DNA from: a virus
Lineage: Duplodnaviria > Heunggongvirae > Uroviricota > Caudoviricetes
Virus record (IMG/VR): IMGVR_UViG_2671180847_000011
Reading direction: 5' to 3' (one strand)
Length of the DNA stretch: 20,048 bases
The position numbers and the translations under genes were made by a program. Positions 15,234 to 20,048 of the stretch are shown in pieces; positions within the stretch are counted from its first letter, which is position 1, and the number at the start of each line of letters is the position of its first letter. Under the pieces are notes generated by a model. It saw only the letters and a list, made by a program, of their open reading frames with translations. It had not been told where the DNA came from and made no database searches.

Positions 15234-15418
15234 ACGCCACAATTCAAACGATACCAGAGCTTCTTATCCAGACACGAGGCAATCAGACCGAAGTGGCGAG
15301 GATGCTTTCCTGCGCAAGAGGAACAGTGCTCAAGTACAACCGAGACAGCAAAGGCGAGCGTCACGTAATAGTTAACGGTGTCCTGATGGTCAAACAGGGC
15401 AAAAGGGGAAGGCCATGA
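15230..15418 (+). CDS. ninH: NinH, 62 aa
   Basis: KTIPELLIQTRGNQTEVARMLSCARGTVLKYNRD resembles lambda NinH. Confidence 0.7.
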   Translation: MNATIQTIPELLIQTRGNQTEVARMLSCARGTVLKYNRDSKGERHVIVNGVLMVKQGKRGRP

Positions 15419-16038
15419 GACTCGAAAGCGTAGCTAAATTTCATTCGCCAAAAAGCCCGATGATGAGTGACTCGCCACGGGCCACGGCTTCTGACTCTCT
15501 TTCCGGTACTGATGTGATGGCTGCTATGGGGATGGCGCAATCACAAGCCGGATTCGGTATGGCTGCATTCTGCGGTAAGCATGAACTCAGCCAGAACGAC
15601 AAACAAAAAGCCATCAACTATCTGATGCAATTTGCACACAAGGTATCGGGGAAATACCGTGGTGTGGCAAAGCTCGAAGGAAATACTAAGGCAAAGGTAC
15701 TGCAAGTGCTTGCAACATTTGCTTATGCGGATTATTGCCGTAGTGCCGCGACGCCGGGCGCAAGATGCAGAGATTGCCACGGTACAGGTCGGGCAGTTGA
15801 TATAGCCAAAACAGAGCTGTGGGGGAGAGTTGTTGAGAAAGAATGCGGAAGATGCAAAGGTGTCGGTTATTCAAGGATGCCTGCAAGCGCAGCATATCGC
15901 GCTGTGACAATGCTAATCCCAAACCTTACCCAACCCACCTGGTCACGCACTGTTAAGCCGCTGTATGACGCTCTGGTGGTGCAATGCCACAAGGAAGAGT
16001 CAATCGCAGACAACATTTTGAACGCGGTCACACGTTAG
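15415..16038 (+). CDS. Q: Late-gene antiterminator Q (lambda-type), 207 aa
   Basis: Sequence agrees with lambda Q essentially along its length from memory (MRLESVAKFHSPKSPMMSD...CRDCHGTGRAVD...CGRCKGVGY). Confidence 0.9.
   Translation: MRLESVAKFHSPKSPMMSDSPRATASDSLSGTDVMAAMGMAQSQAGFGMAAFCGKHELSQNDKQKAINYLMQFAHKVSGKYRGVAKLEGNTKAKVLQVLATFAYADYCRSAATPGARCRDCHGTGRAVDIAKTELWGRVVEKECGRCKGVGYSRMPASAAYRAVTMLIPNLTQPTWSRTVKPLYDALVVQCHKEESIADNILNAVTR
15702..15715 (-). promoter_or_regulatory. CII-binding TTGC-N6-TTGC repeat inside Q (paQ-like antisense promoter)
   Basis: Minus strand reads TTGCaagcacTTGC; lambda has its CII-dependent paQ inside Q. Confidence 0.4.
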
Positions 16039-16080
16039 CAGCATGATTGCCACGGATGGCAACATATTAACGGCATAATA

Positions 16081-16120
16081 TTGACTTATTGAATAAAGTT
16101 GGGTAAATTTGACTCAACGA
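16081..16120 (+). promoter_or_regulatory. Late promoter PR-prime with overlapping qut site
   Basis: -35 TTGACT (16081-16086), 17-nt spacer, -10 TAAATT (16104-16109); immediately after Q, as in lambda. Confidence 0.65.
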
Positions 16121-16310
16121 TGGGTTAATTCGCTCGTTGTGGTAGTGAGATAAAAAGAGGCGGCGCTTACTACCGATTCCGCCTAGTTGGTCACTTCGAC
16201 GTATCGTCTGGAACTCCAACCATCGCAGGCTGAGAGGTCTGCAAATGCAATCCCGAAACAGTTCGCAGGTAATAGTTAGAGCCTGCATAACGGTTTCGGG
16301 ATTTTTTATT
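16116..16310 (+). ncRNA. Short late leader transcript (lambda 6S-like) ending at tR-prime
   Basis: Hairpin cccgaaac(16252-16259)...gtttcggg(16293-16300) followed by TTTTTT at 16302-16307 (tR-prime). Start inferred from the PR-prime -10; the transcript is an inference. Confidence 0.55.
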
Positions 16311-16311
16311 T

Positions 16312-16386
16312 GGGTCAGTCGTATAAAGGTCATTACGGAAGGCTGTTAACCTTCTTATCGTGGTTCGAGTCCACGCTGTCCCGCCA
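16312..16386 (+). tRNA. tRNA-like gene, anticodon GUU (Asn) by manual fold, 75 nt
   Basis: Acceptor gggtcag/ctgtccc (one T-T mismatch), anticodon stem gaagg/ccttc with loop ctGTTaa, T arm cgtgg-TTCGAGT-ccacg, 3' GCCA. The D arm pairs poorly, so it may be degenerate. Confidence 0.45.
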
Positions 16387-16391
16387 AACAT

Positions 16392-16467
16392 GCTGGTTTA
16401 GCTCCAATGGTAGAGCAGTCGCCTTGTAAGCGAATGGGTAGCGGTTCAAGTCCGTTAACCAGCACCA
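16392..16467 (+). tRNA. tRNA-like gene, anticodon UGU (Thr) by manual fold, 76 nt
   Basis: Perfect 7-bp acceptor gctggtt/aaccagc, D stem gctc/gagc, anticodon loop ctTGTaa, T arm agcgg-TTCAAGT-ccgtt, discriminator A plus CCA. Confidence 0.6.
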
Positions 16468-16709
16468 TTACTGAGCCGTAGCCACTGGCTATCCTGAATT
16501 CATCAGTGATAGTTATGCTGCGGCCTTCTACACATGACCTTCGTGAAAGAGGGTGGCAGGAGGTTGCGCTAACAACCTCCTGCCGTTTTGCCCGTGCATA
16601 TCGGTCACGAACAAATCTGATTACTAAACACAGTAGACTGGATTTGTTCTATCAGTAATCGACCTTATTCCTAATTAAATAGAGCAAATCCCCTTATTGG
16701 GGGTAAGAC

Positions 16710-17033
16710 ATGAAGATGCCAGAAAAACATGACCTGTTAGCCGCCATTCTCGCGGCAAAGGAACAAGGCATCGGGGCAATCCTTGCGTTTGCAATGGCGT
16801 ACCTTCGCGGCAGATATAATGGCGGTGCGTTTACAAAAACAGTAATCGACGCAACGATGTGCGCCATTATCGCCTGGTTCATTCGTGACCTTCTCGACTT
16901 CGCCGGACTAAGTAGCAATCTCGCTTATATAACGAGCGTGTTCATCGGCTACATCGGTACTGACTCGATTGGTTCGCTTATCAAACGCTTCGCTGCTAAA
17001 AAAGCCGGAGTAGAAGATGGTGGAAATCAATAA
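16710..17033 (+). CDS. S: Holin S (lambda-type, dual-start), 107 aa
   Basis: [34 protein letters not shown]... matches lambda S from memory, with Met1 and Met3 both available as starts. Confidence 0.9.
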   Translation: MKMPEKHDLLAAILAAKEQGIGAILAFAMAYLRGRYNGGAFTKTVIDATMCAIIAWFIRDLLDFAGLSSNLAYITSVFIGYIGTDSIGSLIKRFAAKKAGVEDGGNQ

Positions 17034-17493
17034 TCAACGTAAGGCGTTTCTCGATATGCTGGCGTGGTCAGAGGGGACTGATAACGGACGGCAGAAAACC
17101 AGAAATCATGGTTATGACGTCATTGTTGGCGGAGAGCTATTCACTGATTACTCAGATCACCCTCGCAAACTTGTCACGCTAAACCCCAAACTCAAATCAA
17201 CAGCTGCAGGCCGTTACCAGCTTCTTTCCCGTTGGTGGGATGCCTATCGTAAGCAGCTTGGCCTGAAAGATTTCTCTCCGAAAAGCCAGGACGCTGTGGC
17301 ATTGCAACAGATTAAAGAGCGTGGCGCTTTACCGATGATTGATCGCGGTGATATTCGTCAGGCTATCGACCGTTGCAGCAATATCTGGGCTTCACTGCCT
17401 GGCGCTGGTTATGGCCAGTTCGAGCATAAGGCTGACAGCCTGATTGCAAAATTCAAAGAGGCTGGCGGAGCGGTCAGAGAGATTGAGGTATGA
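17017..17493 (+). CDS. R: Endolysin R (lambda-type lytic transglycosylase), 158 aa
   Basis: [39 protein letters not shown]... matches lambda R; its start overlaps the end of S. Confidence 0.9.
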   Translation: MVEINNQRKAFLDMLAWSEGTDNGRQKTRNHGYDVIVGGELFTDYSDHPRKLVTLNPKLKSTAAGRYQLLSRWWDAYRKQLGLKDFSPKSQDAVALQQIKERGALPMIDRGDIRQAIDRCSNIWASLPGAGYGQFEHKADSLIAKFKEAGGAVREIEV

Positions 17494-17927
17494 ACAGAGT
17501 AACCGCGATTATCTCCGCTCTGGTTATCTGCATCATCGTCTGCCTGTCGTGGGCTGTTAATCATTACCGTGATAACGCCATGACCTACAAAGAGCAGCGC
17601 GATAAGGCCGCATCCACAATCGCTGACATGCAGAAGCGTCAACGTGATGTAGCAGAACTTGACGCCAGATACACGAAGGAGCTTGCTGATGCTAACGCGA
17701 CTATCGAAAGTCTCCGTGCTGATGTTTCTGCTGGGCGTAAGCGCCTGCAAGTCGCCGCCACCTGTGCAAAGTCAACGACCGGAGCCAGCAGCATGGGCGA
17801 TGGAGAAAGCCCAAGACTTACAGCAGATGCTGAACTCAATTATTACCGTCTCCGAAGTGGAATCGACAAGATAACCGCGCAGGTTAACTACCTGCAGGAG
17901 TACATCAGGACTCAGTGCTTAAAATAA
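17490..17927 (+). CDS. Rz: Spanin inner-membrane subunit Rz (i-spanin), 145 aa
   Basis: N-terminal transmembrane segment ([20 protein letters not shown]) then a coiled-coil periplasmic domain; alignable to lambda Rz. Confidence 0.85.
   Translation: MNRVTAIISALVICIIVCLSWAVNHYRDNAMTYKEQRDKAASTIADMQKRQRDVAELDARYTKELADANATIESLRADVSAGRKRLQVAATCAKSTTGASSMGDGESPRLTADAELNYYRLRSGIDKITAQVNYLQEYIRTQCLK
17689..17874 (+). CDS. Rz1: Spanin outer-membrane lipoprotein Rz1 (o-spanin), embedded in the +1 frame of Rz
   Basis: [20 protein letters not shown] has a lipobox Cys at position 20, followed by a Pro-rich segment ([16 protein letters not shown]), as in lambda Rz1; lies wholly inside Rz. Confidence 0.6.
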   Translation: MLTRLSKVSVLMFLLGVSACKSPPPVQSQRPEPAAWAMEKAQDLQQMLNSIITVSEVESTR

Positions 17928-18179
17928 TTTTAACTTCACTGAAATTTAACCTCAGCTACTGGCGAGAATTGAACGCCTTGAACAGCACGGGCAAACCGTA
18001 ATCCCCGGACTCACCAATTAACGGCAGTACCGCGAAACAACCCAAGCCAGAAAGTGGGGAAATAACACTGGCAGCCACTGAAAGATGAACCTCCTGCCTG
18101 ATGGCAAAAAAGATTCTTTGTGGTGGCGGACTGATGGAAAGACATCCTAATCAAGCAACTACTCTACAGGGTCATAATT

Positions 18180-18560
18180 ATGAACGACCAGCAAATCGAA
18201 AAAGAAATCGTTGAGAAAGGCAAAACGGCACCGCGAATCACTCCGCAGCACATCGAAGACGTGATTAAAAGCGAGCATTACTTTACTGCTTATGATGGAC
18301 GAAATGGTGCCATTTCCAGCAACGAATATTGTGGCAGGGAAAAACCAGAAGAAGGCGATCGTGATTTATCACCATTGAAGTTGCTCACTTTCTGCGTACT
18401 GGTGCTGAAGAATGGCTTCACCGTCACCGGAGAGAGTGCCTGTGCAAGCCCGGAAAACTTTGATGCAGAAATTGGTCGGAAGATTGCCCGGCAAAATGCT
18501 GTAAACAAAATCTGGATGCTCGAAGGTTACTTGCTGAAGCAGAAGCTAAGCGAACAGTAG
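18180..18560 (+). CDS. Hypothetical protein, 126 aa
   Basis: ORF with upstream RBS, first gene after the lysis cassette; family not recognised. Confidence 0.6.
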   Translation: MNDQQIEKEIVEKGKTAPRITPQHIEDVIKSEHYFTAYDGRNGAISSNEYCGREKPEEGDRDLSPLKLLTFCVLVLKNGFTVTGESACASPENFDAEIGRKIARQNAVNKIWMLEGYLLKQKLSEQ

Positions 18561-18663
18561 TTATTACAAAAGCCATTCCCTACAGAGTGGCTTTGATAAT
18601 GGCTTATACCCTACACGGGATAACTTAACTGATATCCCTTTTAACGGATAAACGGAGCCAACA

Positions 18664-18906
18664 ATGGCAGAGATTATTCCCATGACTGAAGAACAGAAAT
18701 TCCAGCTAGAGATTTACAAACTGGTCATGAACCAGAACGCAGCCGCAGAGGAAGCATTTCAATTCATCGGCACTGACGAACTGAAGCTTGAGCTATTCAA
18801 AATTCACTTCCAGTCAGGCGGCGCTAATTCAGATATCACGACCCGCACTATCGAAGCGGTGCGTAAATCGAAGGAAGCGTTAGACCTGTTCACCACCGGA
18901 GCATGA
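18664..18906 (+). CDS. Hypothetical protein, 80 aa
   Basis: ORF with ACGGAG RBS upstream of the ATG. Confidence 0.55.
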   Translation: MAEIIPMTEEQKFQLEIYKLVMNQNAAAEEAFQFIGTDELKLELFKIHFQSGGANSDITTRTIEAVRKSKEALDLFTTGA

Positions 18907-18907
18907 T

Positions 18908-19087
18908 GTGAGCTGCGTAATCAATTTGGGTAAGGAAAAGAAATTCCCAATTACTCAAGAGCTATACGAGCGGTTGGAAAGCGCCATCCATGATTACGAT
19001 GGTGAAATCAGTTTATGTGAGGCGATTGGCACACTCGAATTGCTGAAGCAGTCACTGATTGAAGGCGCGAAAGAGTCCTTAACCTGA
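18908..19087 (+). CDS. Small hypothetical protein, 59 aa (GTG start)
   Basis: My own translation (VSCVINLGKEKKFPITQELYERLESAIHDYDGEISLCEAIGTLELLKQSLIEGAKESLT); GTG at 18908 with GGAG 6-7 nt upstream, adjacent to the previous stop. Confidence 0.35.
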   Translation: MSCVINLGKEKKFPITQELYERLESAIHDYDGEISLCEAIGTLELLKQSLIEGAKESLT

Positions 19088-19112
19088 AATAACGATTAAG
19101 TGAGATGAATAT

Positions 19113-19147
19113 GGCAGCACTCAACATGCTGCCTTTTATCGTTTATT
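19113..19147 (+). terminator. Rho-independent terminator after the 18180-19087 gene trio
   Basis: Stem ggcagca(19113-19119)/tgctgcc(19127-19133), 7-nt loop, followed by TTTTATCGTTTATT. Confidence 0.5.
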
Positions 19148-19150
19148 AGT

Positions 19151-19390
19151 TTAACCGCGAGCTTCACGACCGTTTTCGTCTTCAGGCACACGGAAACGCC
19201 AGTACTTATCTGGCTTAACCCAAACAACACTTTCACCGCTATCAACCCTGAATTTATTAATCACTTTTGTTGATAGCGCTTGGTTGCCATCCGCATTTTC
19301 TTTGAGGTGCTGCTCGTTATGTTGTTTAACGAGATAATCCACAACATCCTGCTGATAAAGGCAACCCTCTGTTGATAAAACGGACATCAT
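19151..19390 (-). CDS. Hypothetical protein, 79 aa, opposite strand to the late genes
   Basis: Track ORF; no convincing RBS; lies between the late-strand terminator and the DUF2158-like gene. Confidence 0.45.
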   Translation of the reverse strand: MMSVLSTEGCLYQQDVVDYLVKQHNEQHLKENADGNQALSTKVINKFRVDSGESVVWVKPDKYWRFRVPEDENGREARG

Positions 19391-19434
19391 CCATGATGAA
19401 ATATCATCAAGAGTTAAGGTTGGTGTGTTTGGGG

Positions 19435-19617
19435 CTATGGCTTTGGGGTAACGCGCTCAAGAGATTCCGGTTTGAAATATCCTTGCTCAAGCTTCTTGCC
19501 AGCAAACCATTGACAAAGAAAAGAGTTACCTTGGGTAGATGAAAATAACCTGATAGTCATGTCAGGTCCGCCTGATTTCAGTTTAACAATGTCACCTGCT
19601 TTAAAGTCATTGTTCAT
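19435..19617 (-). CDS. DUF2158-like (YodC-like) small protein, about 60 aa
   Basis: MNNDFKAGDIVKLKSGGPDMTI... resembles the YodC/DUF2158 signature; ATG at 19617 is preceded by AAGGAG at 6-nt spacing (the track ORF starts further upstream at 19650). Confidence 0.6.
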   Translation of the reverse strand: MNNDFKAGDIVKLKSGGPDMTIRLFSSTQGNSFLCQWFAGKKLEQGYFKPESLERVTPKP

Positions 19618-19643
19618 AACAATCTCCTTATGGGAAGTAAAAA

Positions 19644-20048
19644 ATGGCACTCACCGACAAACAAGAAATGTTCTGTCGCGAGTACCTCATCGATTTAAAT
19701 GCCACGCAAGCGGCTATTCGGGCGGGGTACAGCGCAAAGACAGCTAACCGTACCGCATCCGAAAACCTGTCAAAACCTGACATCAAGTTAAGAATCTCCG
19801 AACTGAAAGCGCAACGCAATGATCTTGTTGGTATTAATGCAGAATATGTACTTAATCGCCTTATTGAAATCGACCAGATGGATGTGCTTGACATTCTCCT
19901 GCAAAGCGGTGAGCTAAAACCCATTAAAGACTGGCCTAAGGTATGGCGCACAACGTTATCAGGAATGGATGTCGTGGAGATGGCATCCGCAGATAGCGCC
20001 GCACTCCTGAAGAAAATCAAATGGCCTGTGTCACGAACGGTGCAATAG
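19644..20048 (+). CDS. terS: Terminase small subunit (TerS), 134 aa
   Basis: MALTDKQEMFCREYLIDLNATQAAIRAGYSAKTA... is a characteristic N-terminal HTH of one terminase small-subunit family; the stop falls on the last three bases of the window. Confidence 0.7.
   Translation: MALTDKQEMFCREYLIDLNATQAAIRAGYSAKTANRTASENLSKPDIKLRISELKAQRNDLVGINAEYVLNRLIEIDQMDVLDILLQSGELKPIKDWPKVWRTTLSGMDVVEMASADSAALLKKIKWPVSRTVQ

Noticed and set aside
16555-16584. Strong 11-12-bp hairpin followed by GTTTTG, resembling a terminator
   Set aside because: Lies in the lambda-like late leader upstream of S, where a structured leader is expected; the T-tract is short and interrupted, so I did not call it a terminator separate from tR-prime.

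Overview
This window is the central part of a mosaic lambdoid temperate phage or prophage from an enterobacterium, read entirely from sequence and the ORF track (no searches run; homology calls are from memory of protein families). Layout: (1) 1-7700, a tightly packed leftward early operon on the minus strand, running from an N antiterminator with a phage-21-type arginine-rich motif through several unknown genes, cIII, Erf, an SSB-like protein and more unknowns to an excisionase at the left edge; (2) 7800-9340, an immunity region with a P22 C2-type repressor, P22-type 18-bp operators, Cro, a cII/C1-like activator and phage-21-like nutL/nutR; (3) 9368-12355, replication genes: an O-like initiator carrying four internal iterons and a Toprim plus DnaB-like primase-helicase; (4) 12385-16038, a nin region (ninB, ninE, ninF, Rha/KilAC, DUF1364, rusA, ninH) and a lambda-type Q; (5) 16081-17927, PR-prime/tR-prime, two tRNA-like genes, then the S-R-Rz/Rz1 lysis cassette; (6) 18180-20048, unknown genes, a divergent two-gene minus-strand moron and the start of terS. 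No single defined novel system could be identified; the best candidates for undescribed accessory functions are the terminator-bounded cassette at 5804-7045, the adjacent 322-aa repeat protein, and the late-region moron at 19151-19617. Also notable: a frameshift-interrupted gene at 2664-2954 and the tRNA insertion in the late leader.
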